The notes beneath the pieces were generated by a model. It saw only the letters and a list, made by a program, of their open reading frames with translations, did no database searches and had not been told where the DNA came from. A DNA stretch of 63,746 nucleotides, counting the filler, from Reclinomonas americana ATCC 50394 (Eukaryota), in the NCBI GenBank assembly GCA_048213135.1. It is 8 parts of 5 records of this genome, joined end to end, with 100 filler letters (N's around TTAATTAATTAA, not from the genome) between each part and the next. Parts side by side here need not be neighbours in the genome. Positions count along the whole stretch, not along the records: positions 16,761 to 41,200 come from PS015275.1; positions 41,301 to 53,430 come from PS015275.1; 6 more parts are not named here. One strand, written 5' to 3'. Positions 38,918-50,411 of the stretch are shown here, one piece after another. Numbering within the stretch: position 1 is the stretch's first letter; every line of letters starts with the position of its first letter. A program made the translations under genes and the position numbers.

Positions 38918-39982
38918 GGGTGTATGTACGTCTCTTTATCCATGTCTTATTGATCGCGCATAACATCTTTGCCTGTCTTGACTTCCCACTCTTCCCCCCT
39001 CCCCCTCCCTTCCCCACTTTCCCCACCGCCAGACCTACATCCTCGTGGACCGCGACTACGTGTCCTTTTCGTTGAACCGCTTTTTTGGCCCCTCGGACGA
39101 CGCGCTGGTGATTTTCGGAGCCAACGACAGCACCAGCATTCGCGACAAGCACGAATGGTGAGCATCGATGCATGTCTCTCTCTCTCTCTCTCCCTTTTGC
39201 CATGATGTTTCTTTTGCTGTGCAAGAGGGGAAAGAGAGGGAAAGGAGAAAGGGGAACGAGAGGGGAAAGATAGGCGACGGGGAGGGAAGGGAGCGCGCCC
39301 TTCTCACTCCCTTGCCCCTACAATCACAGGTGGCGGTTAATCTCCTCCCTGGCACTACACTCGGGCGTCATCCACTACGGAGTGAACACTGCGCTGCAGC
39401 TCAAGATCGGCTTTGAGGTCTTCCCCTTTACCCTCTCCCCCCATTCTCCTCTCCTCACCCACCCACCCTCTCCTCTTCGCACAGATGGAGCGCCTGTGGG
39501 GCTGGTGGCGCGTGGCTATTGTGTACTTCCTCGCCGGCATTGTCGGCAACGCCTCCTCCAAATTCTGGCTGCCCAGCATGCTCAGTGTGGGTGCCACCGT
39601 CGGCCTGGCCGGGCTGGTAGGCGCCTCGATCGGCGAGCAAATCGTCAACTCGGGCCACTTTGACGGCGCCTGTGTGTCGGTGTTTCCACTAATCATCGAG
39701 GTGCTGGTGGTGCTGGCCGCCGGTTTCATGCGCAACATGGACAATTTCGGCAACGTGGCCGCCATGCTGTGCGGCGTGTTTGCCGGCCTGTGGCTCGCCC
39801 CGTCGCTCGGCGCCAAGGGTGCGGCGAAGCACGTGGGGTGTGGCGGAGTGCGACCGATTCGCTACGTCGGCATGGTGCTGTCGTTGAGCATGCTGGTGAT
39901 TGGCGTGCTGCTGGTGCTGTTGATGCCGGATTTCGACTGCAGTTGGTGCTTGGTGGTGAATTACAAGGTGCTGGTGACGTGA
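37278..39982 (+). CDS. Rhomboid-family membrane protein, probably catalytically inactive; 5' end may lie in the gap
   Basis: Spliced translation: NRFFGPSDDALVIFGA..HEW|WRLISSLALHSGVIHYGVNTALQLKIGFE|MERLWGWWRVAIVYFLAGIVGNASS..SVGATVGLAGLVG..MDNFGNVAAMLCG. The WR motif, HxxxN and TM layout match rhomboids, and the N-terminus is Pro/Ser-rich. Confidence 0.88.
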
Positions 39983-40615
39983 GACAGGGAAGGAGAGAGA
40001 GAGAGGGAGTGAAGGGAGAGAGTGAGAGAAGGGGAAGGGTGCGAATGTACAGTTTTGTGTTTGCACGGCTTCGAGGTTGAACAGCATTGCGATGGATATC
40101 ATTGACAGCTGGTGAGTGGCGGTGGATTGCTAGGTGCAAGTGACGTAAGAATAGGAATTTGCAGAGTTCTCGAGAAGGAGAGAGCAGAGAGGGAGTGAGA
40201 AAAGGAAAGAGGGTATGAGAGGTTATGTTTTCGGGTTCGAGATTGAACAGCGACGGTTCTCATCGACTGCTGGTGAGTGGCGGATTACAAGGTGTAGATG
40301 ACGACGCGCGGGCATGAGAGAGAGAGAAAATAAGAGAGGGTATAAGAGGGAGAGGAGAATGTTCAATTTTGTGTTGCAGTGGGTTTGAAACGCGCAAAGA
40401 TCCCAGAATACAGATCTCCTTGACAGCTGGTGCGTGGTGGTGGATTACAGGGTGTTGGTGACGTGAGCGAGTGAGAGAAGGGAAAATGAGGGGAAGGGAG
40501 AGACTGCAAAGTTTTGTGTTTCGTTCGAGATTGAACAGCGATATTACGAAGACAGATCTCCAAACAGCTGGTGAGTGATGGTGGATTCCAAGGAGCAGAC
40601 AACGTGGAGACTGAG
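39935..40615 (+). repeat. Decayed tandem copies of the rhomboid 3' end and proximal 3' UTR
   Basis: 'gac(a/t)gctggtg.gtgg.ggtggattaca.ggtg.tggtgacgtgag' and 'ttcgagattgaacagcga' recur at about 39940, 40105, 40265, 40422 and 40565. Confidence 0.75.
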
Positions 40616-41046
40616 CTCTCCCTGTTACACTGGAGCTGATGCAAGCTGCATTCGCAGGGTTGTGCTTTGCTGGCCTCGCGATCGAGGAATTTGAAGAGAA
40701 AGGTGAGTGTGGTGTTTGCAAAATCGACCCCCCTCTCTTGATACCAATCAGCGGTCTGTACTTGCATCGCCTCTGCACCCGAAAAGCGCAAAACACACTT
40801 GCAAGCGCAATCACCAAATATCGCAAATACAGTTTGACTGCATTTCGGAGAAATTCGCTCCGAAGCATTCCGCAACACACACACGAGCGAGAGAACAAGG
40901 TGTGTGCGAGAGGAGAGTGTGTGTGTGTGTTTGTGCAACATGTGCGCGTCTCTCTCTCTCTCTCTCTGCGTGTGAGCGTTTGACAGAGTTCAGAAGTGAA
41001 CGCTTTCACTCACATACACTCTCTGCCTCTTTGCGTGTCTGCGTGT

Positions 41047-41101
<55 letters not shown>

Positions 41102-41391
41102 AGTCGTTCTACTACGTGTTCGTCTCTCTCTCTCTGTAGTAGTCGTCGTACGTAGTAACGTACGTACCAACACATCGACCTACTTACGTTCGTCTCTCGT
41201 NNNNNNNNNNNNNNNNNNNNNNNNNNNNNNNNNNNNNNNNNNNNTTAATTAATTAANNNNNNNNNNNNNNNNNNNNNNNNNNNNNNNNNNNNNNNNNNNN
41301 ACGTAACGTACGTACGTACGTACGTACGTACGTACGTAGTACGTACGTACGTAGTACGTACGTAGTCGTGTACGTGTGTGTGTAGTGTAGT

Positions 41392-41435
<44 letters not shown>

Positions 41436-41565
41436 CTGCATCTGCCTATCTGTGCGAGTTTGTCAATGTCTCGAACGCACACACACACACACTCTTGAGT
41501 CCTTGTCCCCCTTCTCCCTTCCCCTTCTCCCTTCCCTCTCTCACACCCCTCTCCCGCCCGCCAGA

Positions 41566-42789
41566 ATGAACACCGCCCCCGGCCAATACGACCGCTTCGA
41601 ACCCGGCAAAGCGCCTTACCCCTCTGCCGAGCGCTCTCTGTGGGGCCTCGGCGGCCTCACCCTCGCCGGCGGCCTCCTCCTCGTGCTGGCCGCCCTCATC
41701 GCCCTCATCGCCCTCATTCTGGGCGCAGTGGCCGTCGCACGCACGCGCTCCTCGGCCCCCGAGGCCATCCTCTTCCCCGCGACCTACCCGCTCGCCATCA
41801 CCGGCCTAATCAGTGAGAACTCGTCGTTTGATCCCATTGCGCAAAAGTTCGCTCTCGGCTCCATCTACTCGGGCTCCGTCTATGCCGTCGACCCCGTGGC
41901 GGCCTCGTTTACGGCCCTGGGCACGTCGATGGGCGGCACGGGCACGGCGGGGGCGAGCATTTGGGTGCCGAGTCAGTGGGTGACGACGCCGGCGATTGGG
42001 ACGCTGGGTGTGCTGGTCGACACCAGTGGCGAGCGCTATCACATGTGGTTGTGCCGGTCGACGTTCCCGCCGTCGGCGCAGGGCGGTGCGACACGCGTCG
42101 ACATGCGTAACATGGCGCAGACGCATGTGAACTTTGCAGGAGTGCCGTCGCCGGCGCCGGTGATGCTGATCAATGATGTGACGGTGGATCCGGCCACGGG
42201 CATGGCGTACTTTACCGACACGATTGGCGGTCGCATCCTGAGCATGACCGGCGACGCCAGCGCCAGCTCGTTGCAGGTGGTGATCACCAGCCCGCTGCTG
42301 GCGCCCTCGTCGGCCGACAGCCTCGGCGCCGATGGCGTGGCGTTTTACCGCAGCTCGGTCAACACCGGCGCCTACCTCATTGTGTCGCAGTACGGCTCCA
42401 CGTCGGCCACCGGCACCCCCTCCACCCTCTACCGCATCACACTGACGACGCCGACTCCGCAAATCGCGGCGATTTCGCTGCCGAATGGGACGGTGATTCG
42501 CGGCGCCGATCAAGTGCGCTTCCTCAACCCGTCCTCGCCCGGCCTCCTCTACATCACCAGCTCGGTGTATGGGCCCGGCCTGCCCAACGTGTACATTCTG
42601 CAGAGCAGCAACGATTGGGTGTCGGCGACGGTGGTCGACACGTGGTGTGCGCCGTCGTCGTGCCTCAACCCCACGCCGTCGTCCATGTATGTGCCGGGTG
42701 CCGGCATTCTCTACGTGGTGTGCACGAATGGGTTCTCCGCGGCCGTCGGTACGTCGATGGTGCGGTTGGATTCGTCGAATCATTGCTGA
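41566..42789 (+). CDS. Intronless type II membrane beta-propeller protein (SMP-30/gluconolactonase/NHL-like)
   Basis: A 407-aa uninterrupted ORF with coding-like GC3 and an N-terminal TM helix (LLLVLAALIALIALILGAVAV). Blade motifs SENSSFDP..FALGSIY.GSVYAVD, INDVTVDPATGMAYFTDT and GADGVAF are present. The family assignment is by motif resemblance only. Confidence 0.75.
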   Translation: MNTAPGQYDRFEPGKAPYPSAERSLWGLGGLTLAGGLLLVLAALIALIALILGAVAVARTRSSAPEAILFPATYPLAITGLISENSSFDPIAQKFALGSIYSGSVYAVDPVAASFTALGTSMGGTGTAGASIWVPSQWVTTPAIGTLGVLVDTSGERYHMWLCRSTFPPSAQGGATRVDMRNMAQTHVNFAGVPSPAPVMLINDVTVDPATGMAYFTDTIGGRILSMTGDASASSLQVVITSPLLAPSSADSLGADGVAFYRSSVNTGAYLIVSQYGSTSATGTPSTLYRITLTTPTPQIAAISLPNGTVIRGADQVRFLNPSSPGLLYITSSVYGPGLPNVYILQSSNDWVSATVVDTWCAPSSCLNPTPSSMYVPGAGILYVVCTNGFSAAVGTSMVRLDSSNHC

Positions 42790-43299
42790 GAGAGAGAGAT
42801 AGGGGAAGGGGGAGAAGAGGGGAAGGGAGGGAGAGGAGAAGGGGGAGGGGGAAGAGAGGTGAAAATATGTGCAATGTAGTTATGTGAATGACAAGTGTGA
42901 GCTTGCTTGGCTTGGCTTTCTGAAGGGAGATGACTGTTGGAGAAGGGTTATCGTTGGCAAGGGAATAGACAGTCTTTAGAAGGGGTCAAGAACGGCGCTG
43001 TCAGGCGAGGAATAGACATTTGTCGCATTCTGGCGCTTACTCGAGATGGTGTCCGTCAAGCTGTTGTAATTACTGGCTTTGCAGACTTCCCCCTACGTGC
43101 CGTCTATTGCGACTTTCATCGTTTTGACCCTCTACCCTTTTGCATTTAACCCACGCTCATGGGGAGTGTGAGACACCCGAGGCACTGCGTTGCACTGTTG
43201 CTAGACATTTTGACGCTCTCTCGCCGTGAGTTTGGTAATGTCTCAGGGACTGGTGTTCACTCGAGAACGTGATCATTGTGCTGCTGTGTTGTCTTTGTT

Positions 43300-43435
43300 G
43301 TTTTTGTTGTTGTTATTGTTGCGGTGGTGGTGGTGGTGGTGGTGGTGGTGGTGGTGGTGGTGGTGGAGGAGGAGGAGGAGGAGGAGCAGGAGCAGGAGGA
43401 GGAGCAGGAGGACGAGGACGAGGAGGAGGAGGAGA
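43300..43435. repeat. Compound trinucleotide microsatellite (TTG)n-(GGT)n-(GGA)n
   Basis: Directly visible in the sequence. Confidence 0.9.
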
Positions 43436-43569
43436 AGGTGGTTGTGGACGGGGAAGGTGGTGGTGCAGTGTTGGATCTTTCATTCGACTCTGCGATACCG
43501 CCATGGCGAGTTGCGTTTGCGCAGCTTGCAGCCGGATGCTCACTTTGCATTCACTCACTCATGCGTCGC

Positions 43570-44591
43570 TCAATCTCGCGCGTGTGTGAGAGCCAAGAGC
43601 CAAGGGTCAACACAGAAGCCGTTGGTTAGGGTGCGACGGCTGGTCTGACGCAGATTTTTGCGAGCAAACCGACACCAGCTGCATATTTGACCGCCAATCA
43701 ACGCACTGAGAGCTTGGAGGTGGCCGAGGAGTCGTTCTGGAACTTCATCGCTGCGAGGTAGTGTGCATGATGCTGTTTGGACGCGTGACGTTGGTGCAAT
43801 GTATTTACTGAGACGTTGCATTTATTTGAAGGTGCCGTACAAGTCGCGACGCGAAGCAGCACTCGAGCTCATTTCAACGTCGCAGCGGCATGCTTACCCG
43901 AAAATCAGCCTTGGTAGACGCGAAAGCTTTCTCTTCGAATACCCTACGATGTCTGCAGACCTTGGTACCGGAATGTTGCCGTACGCCTTGCGACGGTCGC
44001 GGGAAGGGTGTTTTGGATTGTGCCGGTCCTGACCGAAATGCTTGGCAAATGCGGTGGTAAAGTGCTGGCAGTTGCGGCTGATGAGTGAGTACTTGCCGTC
44101 GGCCTCCCATTTTTTGATGAAGTCCTTGACATCCGACAGCGACACGCGGTGGGTGTGAAATCTCTCGTTGACGTCCATGCGGGCGGCGTACTTCCAGTCG
44201 CCTCCACCACGCCATACCGTGTCCTTGATGTGACGACCGGCCTTTTTGACCGAGTCATGCCATTGATAATGCACTGTGGAATTCTGCTTGCATGCTCATC
44301 TGTGAGACTCTCGATTTCTCAACGTGGTGCAAGTGTGAACGCAACATCCATGAACTCCACCGATAAGAACTTGTTGTCAGGCCGGCGAAGAATGAGGCCC
44401 TCGTGCTGGAGGGTGAGGTTCCTTCCGAGTGAGGCACTCACACCGCGCACGAAATTGACTCGGATGATGTCAATCTCGTAGAAAACAACGTGGTCGTCGG
44501 GGTGGGCGGTCACCGAATGCACGGTGGCGGAGATCACGACGAAGGTGGCGAGAAGAAGGAACACAACGGGGAGAGATCGAGAGAAGAACAT
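43570..44591 (-). CDS. Secreted permuted papain-like (PPPDE/LRAT, NlpC/P60 superfamily) protein; 3' end uncertain (43894 or 43570)
   Basis: Signal peptide MFFSRSLPVVFLLLATFVVISA, a His motif LQHEGLIL, intron 44345-44284, then YSLISRNCQHF, which matches the YxLxxxNCxHF catalytic-Cys motif. A gg|gtaagc donor joins in frame to a further exon ending at 43570. Confidence 0.72.
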
Positions 44592-45291
44592 TGGCTCGCA
44601 GCACGTATATAAAAAATGAAACAGTGCCCAGATTAGACTTGTCGTGGCACATTCGCAAATGACTTCTGGCAAAACACACCGAACACGAATGAAACGCACC
44701 TGGTTGACACGCGTACGTGTATCTGTGCAATATACGATGGCGGACAGTCCATCGGGAACATCAAGTGCCGTGCCCTTCCATAGCAGTGGAAAAGACGGAT
44801 CCGGCTGGAGAGCAGCGATCTCGCGATAATCGATCGCGCACGATCGGAAGGACAACATGATTCTTGTGGCCTTATCGGTTCGCTTCTGCTGGCTTCTGCT
44901 CTTCAGAGAGCAAACCACCTGGTCAGTACTCTGCTGTCGTGTCGTGGTTGGTGTGGGGAAGCAGCAGCAGCAGCGAGCGAGGTCAGCGATCGATTTTTCG
45001 GAGACGAATTCGAATTCGAACACGAGCGTACACAAGGCCTTGCTGCAGCTGACACGGTGCATGCGTTGTCGGTTTATATGCAGACGTACTTTGCCATCAC
45101 TCTGTCGGCTACCATGAGTTTGTGCGATTTCTCCGACGTCGAGCGTGTCCTCTGCAGGACAATCTGTGATTCCTCATCTCTCGCCAGTGCGCGCTTTGCA
45201 GCCAGTGTGTGTGTGTGTGTGCAAGAGAGTGAGTGAGAGTGTGTGCGAGAGAGAAACAGAGAGTGCAAACGGAGAAGAAAGCGCGACAAAA

Positions 45292-45590
45292 ATGCATGAT
45301 GAATGGAAGTCTCTGGCGGGTGGAGAGCTGTGTGGATCACTGACAGTTGCGCATGTGTGTGTGCGTGAGAGATGAAGAGAGTGTGTGCAAGAGAGTGTGC
45401 GCAAGTGTGTGTGTGTGAGAAGTTGAGCATGTACATGGCCTCTTTTTTTTTTCGCAACTTCTCACTCGTGTGCGAAAAAAATAGGCGGAACAATGGGGCG
45501 AGTCTGTGTTTGCCGAGTGCACGGCGCCAGTCAACATTGCGGTCATCAAGTGAGTGGTGAAGGGAGATGCGATGTGAGAGAGAGAGAGCA

Positions 45591-45649
<59 letters not shown>

Positions 45650-46785
45650 GACGAGGACGTATCGTGTGACGACGTCGACGAGAGTAGTAGTAGGTAGGTA
45701 GGTACGTACGGTACGTACGTACGTACGNNNNNNNNNNNNNNNNNNNNNNNNNNNNNNNNNNNNNNNNNNNNNNNNNNNNNNNNNNNNNNNNNNNNNNNNN
45801 NNNNNNNNNNNNNNNNNNNNNNNNNNNNNNNNNNNNNNNNNNNNNNNNNNNNNNNNNNNNNNNNNNNNNNNNNNNNNNNNNNNNNNNNNNNNNNNNNNNN
45901 NNNNNNNNNNNNNNNNNNNNNNNNNNNNNNNNNNNNNNNNNNNNNNNNNNNNNNNNNNNNNNNNNNNNNNNNNNNNNNNNNNNNNNNNNNNNNNNNNNNN
46001 NNNNNNNNNNNNNNNNNNNNNNNNNNNNNNNNNNNNNNNNNNNNNNNNNNNNNNNNNNNNNNNNNNNNNNNNNNNNNNNNNNNNNNNNNNNNNNNNNNNN
46101 NNNNNNNNNNNNNNNNNNNNNNNNNNNNNNNNNNNNNNNNNNNNNNNNNNNNNNNNNNNNNNNNNNNNNNNNNNNNNNNNNNNNNNNNNNNNNNNNNNNN
46201 NNNNNNNNNNNNNNNNNNNNNNNNNNNNNNNNNNNNNNNNNNNNNNNNNNNNNNNNNNNNNNNNNNNNNNNNNNNNNNNNNNNNNNNNNNNNNNNNNNNN
46301 NNNNNNNNNNNNNNNNNNNNNNNNNNNNNNNNNNNNNNNNNNNNNNNNNNNNNNNNNNNNNNNNNNNNNNNNNNNNNNNNNNNNNNNNNNNNNNNNNNNN
46401 NNNNNNNNNNNNNNNNNNNNNNNNNNNNNNNNNNNNNNNNNNNNNNNNNNNNNNNNNNNNNNNNNNNNNNNNNNNNNNNNNNNNNNNNNNNNNNNNNNNN
46501 NNNNNNNNNNNNNNNNNNNNNNNNNNNNNNNNNNNNNNNNNNNNNNNNNNNNNNNNNNNNNNNNNNNNNNNNNNNNNNNNNNNNNNNNNNNNNNNNNNNN
46601 NNNNNNNNNNNNNNNNNNNNNNNNNNNNNNNNNNNNNNNNNNNNNNNNNNNNNNNNNNNNNNNNNNNNNNNNNNNNNNNNNNNNNNNNNNNNNNNNNNNN
46701 NNNNNNNNNNNAGTAGAGTAGGATGCGGATGAGATGAGTAGAGAGAGGCAGAAGAGAGAGAGGAGGAAGAGAGAGAGATGAGAGA

Positions 46786-46819
<34 letters not shown>

Positions 46820-49800
46820 AGATGAGAGAGGCAGGGCATCTGTGCATCCGAGAGATGCAGTTTGAGGGAGACTCCATTCGCATTGAATGAGGGATGCACA
46901 GTGAATCATTGAGTGACTGGCGAGAGAAGAGCTCTCTGTCTCTCTCTCTCTCTGTCTGTCTGTCTGTCTCTGACTCTCTTGCTTGTGCATCTGAGAGATG
47001 CAGTGAGAGAAAGGATGCATGCCCGCTGAATGAGTGCGATCTCTGTGAGCGAGGATCAGCTTGAATAAGTGTGGCGAGTGAGGGAGAGAAGAGCTCTCTC
47101 TCTCTCACTCACTCTCTATGCATCGGAGAGATGCAGTGAGAAGGAGTCAGAGCATCCTCTTGTTCAGCAAGTCCTCCGAGAATCACAGATTGACTACTGA
47201 GCGAGAAGATCTCTCTCTCTCTCTCTCTCGTTGTGCATCTGAGAAATGCTGTCAGAGGAACGCGTGCGCGCACGTCGAGACATTCAAACATATGCAGAGA
47301 TAGAGCATGTCTCAGTGCATTTTTCCACAGTCTCCCCGCTTCCGTCCCTCATGTCTCTCTTCTTCTCCTGTTTCCAGGTACTGGGGCAAGCGCGACGAAG
47401 ACCTCATCCTGCCCGTCAACTCCTCGCTGAGTGTGACACTGGACCAGCGCGATTTGCGCACGCGCACGCTGGTGATTGCATCGCCGCATTTCGAGGCCGA
47501 TCGCATGTGGCTAAATGGGATTGAGGTTGGTGGAGAGATTAGGAGCAGCAGCCGCACAGTATTCATGAAAGATAGAGACAGGGCGCGCCGTGCACTATCA
47601 GCACTTGTAACAGTGCAGATAACCGCATATGCTCAGCAGTCGCACAGTGTTCATGCACGAAAGATATGCAGCATTCTGAGACAGGACACGCCGTGCACCA
47701 TCAGCACTTGTAACGGTACAGATAACCGCACATGCTCAGCAGTCGCACAGTGTTCATGCACGATAGATATGCAGCATTCTGAGACAGGACACGCCGTGCA
47801 CCATCAGCACTTGCAGTGGTGCAGACAGCCGCATATCCTCTCGTGCGCACTCCATAGAAGTCATTAGTGGCAGGCTCACGTATCCCACTCGATTTGGACA
47901 TTGTGTGCTTGATCCCTCATCGCCCTCCTTCCCCTTTTCCACAGGAGAGCATGACCGGCGTGCGCCTGGCCAACTGCATCCGCGAAATTCGCCGCCACGC
48001 CCCCCAATTCGACTCGTACCGCCTGCACGTGTGGACCGAGAACAACTTCCCAACCGCGGCCGGATTGGCGTCGTCGGCCTCGGGCCTGGCGTGCTTTGGT
48101 ATGTTTACCATTGATGCTCTGCAGTTGTTTTGCTCTCTCCCCCCTCTCAGCCCCATTATCGCGCCAGTGTACACGCTTGCACAAGCACTCAACGTGCACG
48201 AGCACGTGGACGGCGAGTTGTCGGCCATTGCACGACAGGGCTCCGGCTCCGCTTGCCGCTCCATGTATGGCGGTTTCGTTGCGTGGGACATGGGCTCGTC
48301 GCCCACCGGTGAGGACTCGAAGGCCCGCCAGGTGCGTCGTGTGGTGGTAACACTGCCCATCATCGTCTCCTTCTCACCGCACAAGCTGACAGGTGGCACC
48401 CGAGACACACTGGCCGGAGATGCATGCCATTCTGTGCGTCGCCTCGGCGAAGAAGAAGGGAACGGCGTCGACCGATGGCATGCGCACGTCGGTGGAGACC
48501 AGCCCGCTGTTGAGAGTTGCGTGGAGATAGGGGGAAGAGAGGGGAAGGGAAGAGAGGGATAGAGAGAGAGAGAGAGAGATAGGAGAGGGAGAGAGGGAGA
48601 GAGGGAGGAGAGGGAGTTGCGTGGTGATAGGGGAGGAGAGAGGGTGGGAGGGAGAGAGAGGGAGAGAGAGACAGAGGGAGAGAGAGAGGGAGAGGGAGAG
48701 GGAGAGGGAGAGGGAGAGGGAGAGACAGCAAAAAGGAGCGAAAGGTTGAGAGGGATTGTGTTTTGTAAGAAAGGGAAGCGGAACCAGAGAGGCATCGGGC
48801 TTCTCTACGACCGATGAAAGAAGCAGGCAGCCCTCTCTCTCTCTCTCTCACCACACACACACACACAATCTTTCTCTCTCTCGATCGCATATCTCTCTAA
48901 TTCCGCTTCAAGTTCACATTTGTGCACTCTTTCTTTCCTTCTCTGCGTCTTCCTCTCCCACGCCCATATTCAAACACAGTTGACAATTGTCGATCCGTCC
49001 AGCTTTCTGCTCTCGCTTTATCTCTCGTCTTCTCGCTCACCGTCATTCTCCTTCTGTCTGACCATTGATCTACTTTTCACTTCTATTCGGTCATTCACAA
49101 GCAGCAAACCGTCTTGTTTCTCTCTTTTCTTTTCTCTCTCACTTTCTCTTTGGTGGCTGTCTTACAGTCCTTCTTTTCATTTTCCATGTGCTTCTCCGTC
49201 CCCGAAGGCCTCCGGCCTCTGCAGACAATTGGCAATCCTTCCTGTTTCTCTCGTTTCTGTCATCTGTCTCTGTCTCTCTCTTAGTTCTCTCTCGCCGTCT
49301 CTCCCCCTATTTCGTTCCTCCATCTCTCTATCTCTCTGTCTCTCGGTCATCACGCGCTCATTGTCGGTTCGCCTCGCACGTTGAACAGCAAACCGTCCAG
49401 TTTCTCTCTTCTGTTTCTCTCTATTTATTGCTGTCGTTAAGTCCCTTCTTTTCATTTTCCATGTGCTTCTCCGTCCCCGAATGGCCTTCTGCCACTGCAG
49501 CCAATATGCAATCCTTCCTGTTTCTCTCGTTTCTTTCATCTCTCTCTCTCTCTCAGTGTCTCAGTCGCTCTCTCTGTCTGTGTCGCGCACCGCTGCCTTT
49601 CTTGCAGCCCATTATCCACTGCAGACACGCGACAAACCGTTCTCTAACTCGCTCTCTTTTCCCTCCTCCCCTTCCCCCTTTCCCCCCTCACCCTTCCCCC
49701 CTCACCCTTCCCCCTCTCTTTCCCCCTCTCACAGCATCGCTGGGAACACATTGTGCCCGCCCGCATGGAGGAAATGGAGGCGGCCATTGCAGCACGCGAT

Positions 49801-50316
49801 TTCCCCAAGTTTGCCGAGCTCACCATGATGGTCTGCACTCCCTCGCCCTCTCCCTCCTAATCGTCCCCCTCACACTTGTCGATGCAGGACTCGAATCAAT
49901 TCCACGCCGTGTGCCTCGACACCTACCCGCCCATCTTTTACATGAATGACACGAGCCGACAGATTGTGGCCCTGGTGCACGCCTACAATCGCGCCGTGGG
50001 CGAGACGCGCGTGGCGTACACGTACGATGCCGGCCCCAACGCCGTGCTGTATGTGCTGGAAAAGGACGTGAAGGAGGTGCTCGAGTTGCTGCTGCACTTT
50101 TTCCCGCCGGACGAGGGCGAGTCGCTGCATGGCTTCTTGCGCGAATCCACCGGCGCCTACTCGGCCGACGAGTTGCACAAGGAGGCGTTGGACTTTGCGC
50201 TGGCCTCGCGGTTGCCGGCCTCTCTCCTCGCGCAACGCAGTCACGGTGCACTGCAGTACTTGTTGGTGACGCGTGTCGGTCCCGGTCCGCAGACGCTGCA
50301 CCAGCAGACGCGGTGA
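45292..50316 (+). CDS. MVD: Diphosphomevalonate (mevalonate diphosphate) decarboxylase
   Basis: Spliced translation: [135 protein letters not shown]; stop TGA at 50314-50316. First exon 45292-45345 is inferred from phase. Confidence 0.97.
47548..47835. repeat. Tandem repeat, ~103 bp x 3, in an MVD intron
   Basis: 'cagcagtcgcacagtgttcatgcacga.agatatgcagcattctgagacaggacacgccgtgcaccatcagcacttg' occurs at about 47635 and 47738, with a shorter copy at about 47546. Confidence 0.88.
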
Positions 50317-50411
50317 TGCGGCGAAGAGGGAGAGGGAAGGCGAATGGACAGACAACAGAGAATCATTTAAAAAAACAACTACCTGCCGATCATGTTCATT
50401 TTTCTTGCGCT

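Noticed and set aside
41100-41395. (TACG)n / ACGT-rich tracts at contig ends (also 45655-45727)
   Set aside because: They occur only next to gaps after long microsatellites and match the TACG flow order of pyrosequencing, so they are most likely low-quality read tails.
43269-43629. Poly-Gly, poly-Pro and poly-Val/Glu ORFs
   Set aside because: They derive from a compound trinucleotide microsatellite, with no supporting exon structure.
44700-44858. Possible extra minus-strand exon (MLSFRSCAIDY..RVNQ|gtgcgt) upstream of the PPPDE-like gene
   Set aside because: It has a plausible donor, but I could not find a convincing in-frame acceptor or any homology.
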